NCBI RefSeq assembly: GCF_006345805.1
Contig: NC_043003.1
Span: 96,906,001-96,970,000 of the forward strand
DNA: 64,000 nucleotides
Reading direction: 5' to 3'
Source of the DNA: Octopus sinensis
Lineage: Eukaryota
Shown here: in pieces, positions 1-13,890 of the stretch
Layout of the letters: the number at the start of each line of letters is the position of its first letter
Position numbering within the stretch: position 1 is the first letter of the stretch
Translations under genes and position numbers: made by a program
The notes under the pieces: generated by a model
Databases searched by the model: none
Seen by the model: only the letters and a program-made list of their open reading frames with translations
What the model was told of the DNA's origin: nothing

Positions 1-403
1 TAGTATCATACATTATTGAGGTGTTTTAATGCTATTATGAGACTTAAATGAGGCTAATGGAGTTTGTAATAAAACAAGATTTTGAACACCCGTGGACATG
101 TTTACAAAGTAAGAAAACAGCACAGCTCCCATGACTTCAGGAAGCATTTTTTCACGCTGAGAGTTGCTGAAGCGTGGAACAAACTGCCGGCATCGGTTGT
201 TAGTTGTCGGAGCACTGCATCCTTCAAGACTTCCATGCTTCCTGAGATTCGCCAACACTACACTTGATTTTCTCCCCTCCATACACACACAAGCATGTTC
301 ACTTTCCAGACATTTCTACATTACTGCATGTACTTTATATGCACTTTCTGACAAGTTGTGGTGCACCTGAGCACTGTATACAATAATTTCATTATTATTA
401 TTA
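1..403 (+). mobile_element. 3' end of CR1/L2-like LINE
   Basis: ORF 82-267 reads TRGHVYKV..FRKHFFTLRVAEAWNKLP, the typical CR1/L2 ORF2 C-terminal motif; it is followed by a 3' UTR ending in (ATT)n. Confidence 0.7.
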
Positions 404-834
404 ATAGTCAATTTGTGTGAATATATAATTTAAAGCCATATTGTTACAGGATGAAAAACATATCATTGTGTCAAGATTTAATTAAGATTTTCTAAAACTG
501 CTCCACAAATCACGCTTATGTGATTATATCTTGCAGTTGGAGGGGCTTTCATGATAACTGTCAATAAACATCAATGTCAATCATTAAATAAATGTATCTA
601 TTTTCCTAACACTTGTATTTGTACATGGGCAACTGTATAGCGTTCTAACAAGAACTTTACAGAATACTGCAGTTATACTGACAAAGCTGAATAAATAGTA
701 TCCAGTATTTTGTGCAGGAACGTTGTAAAATATTAAAACCTATTATTACTTTTATGTAATTTGGATATTAATAAAGATTTAATTTATATAGTACTTATTT
801 ATTTGTTGTGCTATTTTATTATTTTGACTATCAT

Positions 835-1232
835 TCTTCTTCTTCGTCTTCTTCTTCCAATCATGACTCACTCCATTAGCCACAAAGAATAATCTCTAAT
901 TCAAGCCTACTCTAAGGTACTAAGAATGCGTGTGGCAACTTGAAGATCCACTCACCACACGCGATAGACTGGCGGTTGCACGGGCGCAAAAGCTACGCTG
1001 TTATCCTCATTCCGTAAACGGTGAAATGCTGAACCATCCTGGGGTACAGAGGATTCGCAATCTAGACCAGGGTCTGAAAGTTTACCACACCATGGTGGGT
1101 TACACCATGGTGGGTTACACCATGGTTCCTCTGCTTTGTGGCAGAAGTAGGAAGAAAGAGTAAGAGAAAGTTATGGTGAAAGAGTACAGCGCGGTTCACC
1201 ACCACCCCACCGGAGCCTAGTGAAGCTTTGCT
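835..1232 (-). mobile_element. 5'-truncated tRNA-derived SINE (tail type B, (GAA)n end)
   Basis: Near-identical to 54176-54590; lacks the tRNA head. Confidence 0.8.
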
Positions 1233-1654
1233 CGAGCAAAACGAAATTGAACTCTCATCCCCCACTCCCGTCTTTTAAGTCACTACTAACTGTAGATAAC
1301 ATTTTCTTATTCACTCAATATTAATTCTGTTTCATCAATAAATAATGTTGAGCCCAAACTTTTGTTTTAACAGAAACTCTTCAGAAAGACAGCTTATCAC
1401 TTCATTCTTATTATGTATATTGTGCCTATATAGCACAAACGTCTTGTATGATATAATAGTAAAATTTCGGTGAGTAAAATTCTGTGATTGGGTTTCAAAT
1501 TTCGGCTGATCTCGATTTGTATTCACATCACTCACATCGCTACTGCATTTGAGCAAGTCACCAGTGGCAAAAATATGTCTAAATTTGATGTACGCATCCT
1601 TCCCAATCGATCACATGACCTGATGAACAATCTAACTCATTATTAAACGTACGC

Positions 1655-1870
1655 AAGGCAGTGAGCTGGTAGAGTTGTTAGCACACCGGATGGAATGACT
1701 AGCGGTTTTTCGTCTGCCGTTACGTTCTGAGTTCAAATTCCGCCGGGGTCGACTTTGCCTTTCATCCTTTCGGAGTCGATAAATTAAGTACCAGTTGTGT
1801 ACTGGGGCCGATCTAATCCACTGGTCTCTTTCCCCAAAATTTCGGGCCTTGTGCCTAGAGTAGAAAAGCT
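1655..1870 (+). mobile_element. tRNA-derived SINE with Meta-like central domain
   Basis: B-box GAGTTCAAATTCC followed by GACTTTGCCTTTCATCCTTTCGGAGTCGATAAATTAAGTACCAG; more than 10 related copies in the window. Confidence 0.8.
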
Positions 1871-1924
1871 TATTAAACTTATGTGGCTAATACTTCTATA
1901 TTATTTGTAGTACTGCAACATTTA

Positions 1925-2253
1925 AGATCCCCTTTGGTCACGAATGAACATGGGATTATACCTAGAAAGTTCTCCTCCGAGGCACAAGTCTGAGATAGAT
2001 TGTTTGTGGAAGACCAGCCGTCGCCCATGCATATCAGTCTCCCCCCTCAACCGATGTTGTCCAAGGGAAAGGCATAGGTCAATACAGTTTGGCACCGTGA
2101 CGTCGCAACTCAGTTCTGCAGCCGAGTAAACTGAAGGGAGGTGAAATAAAGTGACTTACTCAAAAACGCAACACACATCCCGGTTCAGGATTCGAACTCA
2201 CAACCACATAACAGTAAGCTCGGCGATCTAACCACTGAGCCATGCGCCTTCAC
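1925..2253 (-). mobile_element. tRNA-derived SINE (V/CORE-like body)
   Basis: Minus strand starts GTGAAGGCGCATGGCTCAGTGGTTAG (A box) and has GAGTTCGAATCC (B box); a degenerate relative lies at ~19680-19830 (+). Confidence 0.65.
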
Positions 2254-4068
2254 TACTAGTATATTAAATATATTACACAAACATGGGAATCCTTTTCGAG
2301 AAGCGGGTCGCATGACATGACTCATCTGAGGGTGGGCTTCACTATTAAAACATTCAAGGTAACATTTTGTTAGGCTTACCATAAAGAAAATCCTGCCGCA
2401 ATTTTTTCATACTGTATTATGCTATAAAATGTTGTGTGTGTGAATGCATTTCTAATTATTTCATTTTACGAAAACTAATTTTGTAAAGCGAAATTACGTA
2501 AATCGAAAACTAATTTCGGTTTACGTATAATGCGTCGTTGTACTAGCATACTATATAATACTAGAATGCTATATCTGGATATCGTTGGGCCACATAAATT
2601 TACCACTCCATTTGCTGAATAAAATTTTTAAAAGTAGTAAAAATCACCCGTTTTAAAAGATATAATTTGCTTATTAATGCTTCAATAAAAAAATAATAAC
2701 CTTCAAGTTTCAATAATTTCTCGGAACGGACATCCAAGGAAGGTTGCAATCAATCATGTAAATACGCAGATTAAAATTTGTGACACAATATCTTGACAGT
2801 TCAATATATAGAATAAGGGAAATGATGATGCTTATTTATTTTTCCCTAGCACTAAATAGATTAATGGACGGAATTGATTACGGAATGCCAAACGGTAAAA
2901 CAAACTGCAATTTATTACATTTATGTGAAATAAATATGCTATATTAGTAAACATAAATAGACTTATATTTATATTTTTGCTATATCTAACAAGTATACAA
3001 GATAAATACGATTTAATGTTAGCCATGCAAATAATATATGTAATAAAAATCACGGACATAATATCTCCGTCTTATACAATCAAACGAAGCGTAATGCGAT
3101 GATATGATCAGGCAACACTAAGTCTAAAAGAAGTATTTAGTGGGGAGACATTTTGAATTATAAATATAAGCTATTACTTTAATTTGACCTGTCTTAGCAA
3201 ATTTCTAAGCTATCTAAATTACAGATTTGTCGTTTATATTTATGAAAACATGCGTTAACATATTTATCTTTATATAATCATGTATATTTATATGTATGTA
3301 TGTATGTTTGAATGTATGTATATTAGCACATAGGTATATAGATAAATAGTTAGACGGATAGATCGATAGATATATACATACATACACATGCATAAATATA
3401 TATCCTCCTTCTTCTACACACACGCACACACACACACACGCGCGCGCACACACACAGAACAAGATTTATATTACAGATTGTGGATGAGTGAGTGTATGTG
3501 TGTGTGAGTGTATGTGTGTGTGTGTGTGTGCGTGTGTGTGTGTATGTGTAAAAGACTATAACGGCCGTATTTTTCAACTGATTTTCTCCAAACTGGGAAC
3601 ATACATTACTTATGTTCCATGGATGGTTTACGACTCTTAAAATTTTTCACATAATGAGTAACGGGCCCTATGCGGGCAGAAAACATCCGGTCCTGGGTTA
3701 CGTGGAAAAGGGATGTGAGTCTTTAGGATTGTCTCCCTTATATCTATTGGTCATAAAAATTGAAAATATTGTTTTTTATATCAAATTCACGTCTTTGAAA
3801 GTTTTTGAAAATATTTACTTCCGCTTTTCTAGTTTCAGGGACGTCTATATCTCTCTATCTATATCTCTCTATCCATCTCTATATCAATATTTGTCTATCT
3901 CTCCGTATCTATGAGTCTACATCTTATTTATATATATCTATCCAGCTCTCTCTCTCTCTCTCTCTCACTCTATATCTCACTCACTCTCTGTTGTTTTCAC
4001 TTTAAGTTCAATCGCTTTTGCGACTGCCAACTTCGACCGTTTACGCTCGTTGTCAGTATGTATACAAT

Positions 4069-4124
<56 letters not shown>

Positions 4125-4172
4125 ATATGTATATATATAAAAAACATACATTCATAGATACATACATATAAC

Positions 4173-4544
4173 TTTTTTACTTGTTTCTGTCATTTGACTG
4201 CCGCCATGCTGGAGCACTGCCTTTAGTCGAGCAAATCGACCCCATGACTTATTCTTTGTAAGCCTAGTACTTATTCTATCGGTCTCTTTTGGCGAACCGC
4301 TAGGTTACAGGGACGTAAGCACACTAGCATCGGTTGTCAAGCGATGTTGTGGAGGACAAGTACACACACATATATATATATATATACATATACATAGTTT
4401 CCGCCTACCAAATCCACTCACAACTGTTTGGTCGGCCCGAGTGTATAGTAGATGACACTTGTCCAAGGTGCCACGCAGTGGGACTGAACCCGGAACCATG
4501 TGGTTTGTAAGCAAGCTAAATACCACACACCCACTCCTGCGCCT
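4173..4544 (-). mobile_element. abundant tRNA-derived SINE with internal microsatellite
   Basis: Head AGGCGCAGGAGTGG..GGTTCAGTCCC, then ACCTTGGACAAGTG, internal (TA/TG)n and 3' end ACAAGTAAAA; many copies in the window. Confidence 0.85.
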
Positions 4545-7310
4545 ATGTTTATATATATATATAATGCTGCGTTGAACACTCATTCACATTGTCCGATATT
4601 AACGCTTATACACACACACACATACACACAGATAGACAGATAGATAGATAGAATTCGACCAGGTGATCACAGTAATCAGGAATAAGAACTTGATGAAACA
4701 CAGTGATAAGGATCGCTGATGTCGTTTTTCCTCTTACTACATGACAACAGGTGTGGTATGACCTAATGGTTAAGTAGTTCGTCTCACAGCTACGGGACAC
4801 CGGTTTCGATTCTCATTGCATGGCATCCTGCGTAAATATCTTTTTGCATAGCTTCGATTTTACCAATGATTTGTGATCAAAATTGGGTAGAAACCTGCCG
4901 AGTGGATTGTAACTGCAATTCAAATAAAGGTACAGCCCTGTCACACTTTGTGTCACACAGGTTCTGCCATAGTATTACTTTAAGGGTATTTATGTCTGTG
5001 GAATACTAAACCACTTGCTCGTTTATTCAGTAGTAGGTACATTTAGTTGACCCAATAATTGAATCCTGCTTGTAGTCGAACGACAGCGATCTACTGCCAC
5101 AACTTAACAAAATGATTAGATTCGCCACCTCGAAAGAGACGGAAGCTGTACTATTCAGGTCACATGCTTCGTACGAGAATTCGGCGTCTCTGGTATAGAA
5201 AAATGTGAGTTTATGGCTACATGCTTTTATGCTAAGGTTTACAGAGAGAATAATATAAGTGTAACCCTTTAAATAATGAACGAAATGATGGAGTAGCGAA
5301 ATTTAAAAAATCGCAAAGTATTAAAAAAAACCAGTGCTTTGTAATTTGTTTGATTATGAATCAGTCATTTACAATTTCGGAAAAAAATTTCTTTGTCGAG
5401 TTTTACTGTTAAAAAAATATTTCATGACATCTTTTCAACACAATTTTAGATTACATTGGTGATAAGTCAACGAATCCAAACATCTGCTTCGATACGGGCC
5501 TATGTCTGCTAATTTAACTATAATAGGCATTCTTCCTCTATAGTTAAATTAGTTTAATCTGTATTGGACCTTATTTAATGACAGTTATCTTAACAGTTGA
5601 GTCAAAATTTATCTTTCAGAAAAGGCATCATTCATTCACTCGGAAGTGTTTTGCACTTTAATTGCATTAAAGAAAATTAGAAACGTCAACTGGGTTGTCT
5701 CGCTAAAGCGAGCATTTTCCTCCTTGACAAACTGCAGTGAAAGGGACTCTTTTACAAGCCAAATATATTCCAAACATATTTGAATTATATTAGATATGTT
5801 TAATTCACAACATTATTTTCCCGTGCTTTTTACGTATTTAATTCTAGCCTACCTAGCGTCGCACGTAATCAGTTTGCAGTTTATGCTGATTTTCCATTAA
5901 GGAAGCTATGAGTCATTACAGGGTTGTCTCTCTTGTTGTACACGATGCTGATGATAACCAAATAGGTTGAAATACTTTAATCGTTCTACCAAGGGTGGCG
6001 TTAGATGACTAGCTGTTTTGACATCTATTGTCTCAAGCATGGATTTTTCTTTGTGGCAAACGGTAGTGAAAATTGTTTTTTTACAGATCAAATATGTTCA
6101 AAATATTTTTGGACTAATTAAAATGTTTATTTAATTCATAGCACTGCTTTCAGTTGACCCCTACACATTATTGTGTTTGATTTTGCGGGATGAACGAGAA
6201 GTCTTTAACAAAACAATATAAAGATATTTTCCTCGCCTACCACAGGCTATTTCTACTTCTAGGTATTAACCAACAACAATAAATAAAGATCAAAGTTTAC
6301 TATTCTAGCATAACGTGCAGGCACGTTCGAGTATTTTAAAAGGATTACACAATTTTTATAGAACTACAGGAAAGCGTGTATCCAGCTAAACAAGTGATGA
6401 AGCAAAATCGCCTATTCGTGTTGATTCTCAATTACACGTCTAATGACCATGACAAAATTAAGCAAAAATGTACTACCAATTTCTCTGTGCTAATGTCTTC
6501 GCAAAATACTATTTTACTGACATATAAGTCAAATTTTTCGAACCAAAATTTACAAATGATAAGTCGATTTATACTGCAAGAGGACTTTAGAGGATTGAAT
6601 ATTTCATGTGAAATGCAGCAGTATTTAGAATGCTAGTGGCGATGTTTGAATGTTTACGCTACATATTTATACTATATATTACGTCGAATTGTATGTTGGA
6701 AAATACGGTATAGAACAAAGGAAGATGTACTCTGTAAAATTAAACAGTTGATTAGGATGCTTATTTGAAGTTTGAAGATTTCAGTTCGGAATTTAGATAA
6801 GCATCAGAATTTTCAGTTCGATACCAACCAACAAATCAATAAACAAAGGATATACTTTCATTTTCTTATTTCACAGAAATACGAAAATGAAAATGAGTTA
6901 ATTAATTAAATTAAATAAACTTTATTTTCAGAATCAGTTTACTTTTGTGAAGCATTCCCTGGTATACATACGTGTGCTTTATTACTTTCTATATCTATGG
7001 GTAGGATTGCGTGCACGTGTCTTCTTACCGCTATATAACATCAATTAAGTATAAAATGAACGTGCTTCATATAACCACTTGACATAACAGGTCAGAGTCA
7101 AAAACTTGAGACTTCATACTTCCGGCATTTATACGAAGAGTCTTCAGATAATATTGAAGGATTTTCTATTCCACTTACCACTTTCAATATTTTCATGAAG
7201 TGGTTCTAGGAGTAAATGCATCTAATGGCCTCTGAAATTTTACTACTTGTATTTCTTTTACTTCCTTTCGGTTTATAATTATACAATGCCTTTCAAATAA
7301 TGCTCATCCT

Positions 7311-7338
7311 CATTCTTCTTCTTCTTCTTCTTCTTCTT

Positions 7339-7400
<62 letters not shown>

Positions 7401-7432
7401 CATCATCATCATTGCTGTTGTTGTTGTTATTA
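7311..7432. repeat. compound (CTT)n(ATT)n(CAT)n(GTT)n microsatellite
   Basis: Read directly from the sequence. Confidence 0.95.
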
Positions 7433-7439
7433 TTTCTTC

Positions 7440-8905
7440 GATAGTTTCATGCTAATTTCTTCAGCACCGCCTAAGATATATACATCATAGTGTGTCCTTA
7501 ATTTTTGTAAGGATGAAGGGAGTAAAGCCTCTTCTGGTTACTGTACTGCATCACTTTGTTTTATTATTTGTTCTTTTGTATATGGTACGTGTAATGTGAA
7601 TTTTATTATCTTATTGGGCATTAATCTTCATTGAGTATATGTTACGTTAGTTGTTCTTTTATTGGGTGTTTAATGTATAGGGTGTATGTTGTGTTTGAAA
7701 ATTGTTATGTATGAAAATTGCTGATTTGGGCCTTGCTACAAAATTAATCAATAATGTCTTGCTCAGGATGTAGGCTTCTCCTGGCAGAGCTATTTTTGGA
7801 CATTCTGTAGTGTTCTAAGTTTTGGTATGATTTTTATAGATTTGCTCATTTTTTATCATACCAAATGCTCCAATAATTGTTGGTACTGTCTTCACTTTTA
7901 TGCCCCACATTTTAAATATTCCAGTTTCAAGATCCTTCTATTTTGAAAGTTTTTACATTATTATAGCGCAAGTTTGGTCAGAAGAGATTGAAATCTCTAT
8001 GAGTGTGCATATGGTTTTTCCAATCCTTGATTACTTTGTCTGACGGGTTTGTTTTGATCACTTTGCCAAACTTGGAAGGACTTAGCCCAGATGACTGTAG
8101 CCAGGTCGTTGTCTCGTACTGTATTTGGTGCATGTGTGAACCATTTCTTGTATGTTTTCCTACTGAAGGGATGTAATTTAGCCCAATGGGTACAGATGTC
8201 CACTCGACCACGTCAGTGTATATATTCAAATTTGGCAAAGACTAGGATACTAAAGATGATGTGGTCAACAGTCGTATTGTACCGGTTTGAATCTATTCTG
8301 ATGTTAGGATCTATTTTTTCATTATTTTGTCCTTATACGTGACTAGTTTTGTAGTGGTGGTGTATAACCAAAATCAGTCCTTCAGTTTGTGGTTTTAGCT
8401 TGGAGCTTTTCAGCCAGTCTTGCTTTTGACTTTGGCATACTTCTCCTCTACCGAGCGTTGAAGAATATTGGTCGCGGACTGGTTTTTCTTTCCGTTTCGT
8501 CCTTAGCATGATTTGTATTTTTCTTTTCATGCTGTTGTTTTGCCTCTTTTATCATCTCTATTACATTGCTGTATAAATTTATTATCTCAACCTAGTTTGT
8601 TTCTGCTTTTGTACTTTGTTGATTTCTTGTGTATTCCGTCTTCCTTTATTTCTAAATATTTTCCGTGTCCGGCTGTTGTTATTTTATTTCATAGTTGTTT
8701 TCTATTTGTATCAAGCGTTGAACTCCTTCTGTGTGGGGTAGGTACATTCTGTCTATACCTGCTTTTGGGTGGTGATTTCGATACGCTGTCCGTAGTTTTC
8801 TTGCTTCTCCGTGTAAATTTTCAAATTGAGTCTCTAGTCTACCATTTTGAATTTCTTATATATTACTGGTATGACTGGTGTATTTATACCTATTATACCT
8901 AACAG
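7440..8905 (-). mobile_element. degenerate R4/Dong-type (RLE) non-LTR retrotransposon, 3' part
   Basis: Fragmented minus-strand peptides LKPQTEGLIL, IHTR..VV..IC.HWA and KVIKTNKP, plus a TVPTIIGAFG-like RLE end; abuts an (AAT)n-type array. Confidence 0.65.
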
Positions 8906-9434
8906 TACCATGGAAGTGTTCTTTTGGAAAGGATGTGTAAGACAGCTTCACAACCAGTATTGGTTTGTTCTATTATCTCCGTGTTCGACTAAATATATCG
9001 AAAGAATAAGTACTAGATTTAAAAATAAGTTTGATAATTATTGATTTGTTTGATTAAACCCTTAACGGCGATGCTCCAGCGTGAGCGCAGTCCAAAGACT
9101 GAAGCAATAAAAGATATAAAGATAGAGATTAAAAATTTGGGGCTTATTTAACAAATGAAGTTATCTTGTTTGTATCTTCTTTCATATGATCTGTATATAT
9201 CAACATATTTTGTTTCTATTTCAATAAGAATTTTCCGATCAACAAATTTAATTGTTTTCTTTCGATATGACTAACTGTGATTGAGCAAACAAATGGCGTA
9301 TATGTAACCGACTTACAAACGAGTAGCGATGACTGTTTATCTGTGATTTAGACAAACCAATGGAGACTTAGTTGTTTGCGTAATTCTCGCACCCTTTTCA
9401 TTCAACAACAACATCAACAACAACAACAATAATC

Positions 9435-9849
9435 TTACTCTTTTACTCTTCTACTTGTTTCAGTCATTTGACTGCGGCCATGCTGGAGCACCGCCTTTAA
9501 TCGAGCAACTCGACCCCGGGACTTATTCTTTTGTAAGTCTAGTACTTATTCTATCGGTCTCTTTTGCCGAACCGCTAAGTAACGGGGACATAAACACACC
9601 AGCATCGGTTGTCAAGCAATGATAGGGGGACAAACACAGACACACAAACACACACACGCTTATATATATATATATATACATATATACGACGGGCTTCTTT
9701 CAGTTTCCGTCTACCAAATCCACTCACAAGGCTTTGGTCGGCCCGAGGCTATAGTAGAAGACACTTGTCCAAGGTGCCACGCAGTGGGACTGAACCCGGA
9801 ACCATGTGGTTGGTAAACAAGCTACTTACCACACAGCCACTCCTGCGCT
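9435..9849 (-). mobile_element. abundant tRNA-derived SINE, full length
   Basis: High identity to 4173-4544 and 21983-22391. Confidence 0.9.
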
Positions 9850-9856
9850 AATAATG

Positions 9857-9889
<33 letters not shown>

Positions 9890-10189
9890 GCTACAATAAA
9901 TTTTCTGCTCAATATGCCCTGATGAAATACCAGGCACTGGTTTTCATGGCTCTGATCTTCAGTGATTGAAAGTGTTAACACGTACATGTTTTATCTTGAT
10001 ATAAAAGATGGGCTACAGCTCAATGCCACATATTTATTTGTCAGTTGCTTGACCTTAACCAGATGAGCATGTCCTTCAGTGGCTGACGATATGTGCATCT
10101 CTGATCACGAGCAGAAGTAGTCGGGGTGCATCATAGCCATGTGTTGAAAGGAATTCTTAAGAGCTTTGAATAATTCACCCCTGGAAACA

Positions 10190-10632
10190 AGACTTAAACA
10201 ATACCTGTTGTCATAGGTACCTTAGGAATGATAGCAAAAGAGTTTGACTGCAACATAGCTCAGATACCAGGAAATTAAAAAATGGCAGAAATTCAAAAAA
10301 TAATGTTCATGGGAACTGCTTATATCCTACGAAAAATATTGTCTATGCAATCCCCAAAATATTTCAATCCGTAAACAAAGTCAAAATACTTTTAAATGTA
10401 CATAACAGCAAATACCTTTTACGGTCATTTTAACATCACCCTATCATCTTATAATAAAATTACTTTTAAAACCAACTTATAATTTACTTATGTTTTGACA
10501 GAAATTCTCTAGAGCAATACTCTGTGCAAACCCAAATATATGGCATCCTAGTCATAACACCATCTTGTCTCTTGAGGTCTCTGGGTGAGACTCGGAATCA
10601 ACTTGTACAAATACAAAGTAAAAGCCAAGTAT
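10190..10632 (+). mobile_element. R4/Dong-type LINE 3' end
   Basis: LKTIPVVIGTLGMI..EIQKI..MGTAYILRKILS, then a 3' UTR ending in (AAC)n(AAT)n. Confidence 0.7.
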
Positions 10633-10653
10633 AACAACAACAACAACAACAAC

Positions 10654-10714
<61 letters not shown>

Positions 10715-10734
10715 TCAAAAATGCTGACAAATAA

Positions 10735-11015
10735 TTCAAGCACCATACTGAGGCTGTAACTAAGGGAAGAAACGTAACGATTCTTTTGGGCTTTCCAGTA
10801 CAGACAGACCAGACCATCAAAGCTAATAAACCAGATATTGTTGTGAAAGACCAAAACAATAAAATATGTTCATTGATTGACATGAGCATGCCTTGTGGTC
10901 ACAAAGGTTTGCTGATTGAAATCAAAGCAGTGTGGCGTCTCAAGACAGTTTCAATACCAGTGATTGTAGGAGCACTTGGAATGATCAAAAATGGAACTGA
11001 CAATTCTTTGTAAAA
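10735..11015 (+). mobile_element. R4/Dong-type RLE endonuclease fragment
   Basis: ORF 10786-11013: QTDQTIKANKPDIVV..LIDMSMP..IPVIVGALGMI (PD-(D/E)xK RLE motif). Confidence 0.75.
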
Positions 11016-11070
11016 ACATAAATCCCAAAAAAGAAGCTACACTCTAAGTTATAAAGCAGTACATATTAAA

Positions 11071-11260
11071 GTTAGATAAGCCCGGTTTGTGGGATTAAAT
11101 TAGGCTTCACGTCCATAAAGGACTTAGCTTTATGGCGTATCATTAGATCCCAAAACCTGTTGGCTTAAGGCCTAAGGTTTTGAGATCAGATGATACGCCC
11201 TAAAGCTAAGCCCTTTATGGACGTGAAACTCAAGGTAATCTCACAAACAGTCTTAGCTTT

Positions 11261-11263
<3 letters not shown>
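11071..11263. mobile_element. palindromic foldback element / MITE
   Basis: ~90-bp imperfect inverted arms (TTCACGTCCATAAAGG..GGCGTATCAT / ATGATACGCC..CCTTTATGGACGTGAA) around a short spacer. Confidence 0.7.
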
Positions 11264-11313
<50 letters not shown>

Positions 11314-11501
11314 CAATAGAAATGGTAAATAATTTTTCAGTGGTTTTTCATATAACCAACAATTATTTACCGGTAAATTTCGGTATGTAAATATGACAAA
11401 TTCATCGTCAGGAACTTTTGTAAAGTTCAGTATATAGTCCCACTATCTGATGTCGCTTGGTCAGAGGTGAGGGCTTGTGGCATTTGGTAAATCTATCGAA
11501 T

Positions 11502-11563
11502 ATAGTGTTGACGAAGGAAATCAAGCTATTTTCGAGCTTGTGATCTAGAAACATGTTCACTAT
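11502..11563 (+). ncRNA. type-I hammerhead ribozyme-like motif (C3U variant)
   Basis: ATAGTG-TTGACGA-stem II (AAGCT/AGCTT)-GAAA-CATG-TT-CACTAT, within a ~430-nt island flanked by (TA)n. Confidence 0.55.
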
Positions 11564-11735
11564 TAACGGTAAGAGATTGTTTTCGTTTATTCGCTACTCC
11601 GATTTTGCGTATGTGAATCGCGGGGTCCGTCGTATATGGAATCTCCACTTATAGAAAATGGAAAAAACAGTCTTTGACTGCCATTTCTAATTCCTTCGGT
11701 ATGCGGCGAAGCAGCCTGTTGCTTGCCCTTTTAAT

Positions 11736-11799
<64 letters not shown>

Positions 11800-11902
11800 C
11801 CAGTCTTAGCTTAATATATATATATATATATATATTAAAGCTAAGACTGGTTATATATATCTTTCAAGCCTACGTTTTTCAACAGAAAAGGATGAAAGGA
11901 AA

Positions 11903-11944
<42 letters not shown>

Positions 11945-12994
11945 TGATCAGTATACATGCATCTCTCTCTCTCTCTCTATCTATATATTATATATATGTG
12001 TATGTATGTAAATATATGCATAAATGTTTGTGTGTGTGTGTGTATTTGGTTAAGTAACCCTGAATATGTTTTGCCAGAACAGGAGTCATACTGATCACGA
12101 CTTCAATGCGGATCGAACGATAAAGAATCATCACACAAACAGTATAATTTGATTCTAACCGTATTCAAAATGGTAACTAGCATATCGTGCTTGTACAGCT
12201 ATATGAAACTACCGAGGTTTAATTTAACGTTGTCGATTTAACTAATTCAAGATTTTCCTAAGCATAGCAAGCGAATCCGTATATTAATCTTCACTGATCT
12301 TCTTTGCTTTTAAGAGTAGCATTACCGGTTCTGATTTCCAATATTGCGATCTTCATGATCGTGATCAATGCTATTAGTTACCAAAACCAGCAGTTACATT
12401 TAATTATCATGCCAAAATTAAAGTATAATTCCTGAGTCCTTGTCAAATTTATTTTCAATACGCATATAAAATAGTATACATACATAAATCTATATGTATA
12501 TCATATGTACATATATCTATATAAAATACGCACAGACACACACACACACATAGACGCACACACAGATACGCACACAAACACGCACACATATTCAATTATT
12601 CTCTGTTTGCGTAAGAATACGTGAAATGGGATGAAGGGAAATAGCAAAACTTGCAACAGGAATTGGCGATTAAGTTGCATGATTAATAATTAACAACAAT
12701 AACGTGACAATAGTGATAATATTGAAAGTAATGACTGATAAATTTGGTAATGATGATGATGACGGTGGTGGTAGTCGTGGGGATGATGATGATGATGATG
12801 ACGACGACGACAACGACGACGATAACGACGTGGATCAGAAATTCTGATCTGTATCCAGTGGTGACCTGATGTCGTCCAGTAGGTAACCATGCTTCCCCAG
12901 GCTTCGTGCATTTACACTACCCATGCTTCTTTCAACTCTCACTTTCTGTTGTTGGTGATGGCAGAAGGCACTGAAATGATTAGTGTTTGAACAG

Positions 12995-13232
12995 TTATAT
13001 GTTTCTTTATTTTTCTTTATTGCCCACAAGGGGCTAAACATGAAGGGGACAAACAAGGACAGACAAAGGGATTAAGACGATTACATCGACCCCAGTGCGA
13101 AATTGGTACTTATTTAATCGACCCCGAAAGGATGAAAGGGAAAGTCAACCTCTGCGGAATCTGAACTCAGAACGTAACGGCAGACGAAATACTGCTAAGT
13201 ATTTCGCCCGGCGTGCTAACGTCTCTGCCAGT
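12995..13232 (-). mobile_element. Meta-like SINE
   Basis: Reverse complement of the unit at 32575-32758. Confidence 0.85.
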
Positions 13233-13624
13233 TAGCAACAAGGCTGTATACCTTCCACTATATTCCTGGAATCTCTACTGCCCAGTATCTCAGGTTTCAC
13301 TTAAATCAAGACTTTCAATACCATCCCAACCTTTCAAATCTTTTTTCAAATCTTTTTCAATTTTTTTTCAAATCTTTTTCAATTTTTTTTCAAATCTATT
13401 TTCCTTTCAAATCTTTTTATCTCTATTAACTTGTAAACCCTGCCCCCACTGAAATCGCACATTTCATCAACCTTCAAGTTCTAGTGGCATGTTTGAAATT
13501 TTTATTTGGCTCGCGTTGAGAGGCAAACATGTTAGGAAGTTGTAGTTCACTTTTAGTATTACACTAACGGATAAGATCCGTAGAGTTGAAACACGCTACA
13601 GATTTTAAAATATATTCCTTATAT

Positions 13625-13890
13625 GAAGTGTGTTTAAAAAGTATCCGACCTTTGGACATAAAAGAAATTGTACATTTCATAAATTTTATTTAATCACCTT
13701 CAAAATACTCCCCTTGTCAGTTCACACACTTCTTCCACCGATTCTTTGGAATGCCTTCTCTGGAATGCTATCGACCTCCACCGTCACCTTCCTCATTATT
13801 TTCTCTCGCGACCCAAATCACTTCCCCTTCAGCGTGGTTTTCAATTTGGAGAAGAACTAAAAGTCACACGGCGCCAAGACGGTGGGTGAG
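13625..13890 (-). mobile_element. mariner 3' fragment
   Basis: TIR-like GTGTTTAAAAAGTATCCGAC; minus strand reads ..FFSKLKTTLKGK.F.. Confidence 0.55.

Noticed and set aside
2480-6330. Helitron-like hairpin + CTAG ends (~2497-2546, ~5843-5866, ~6304-6326)
   Set aside because: Spacing is atypical and no matching 5' TC end or second copy is visible; too weak to call.
9916-9950. CTGATGA followed by a hairpin
   Set aside because: No GAAA box or NUH/stem I in register, so not a hammerhead.
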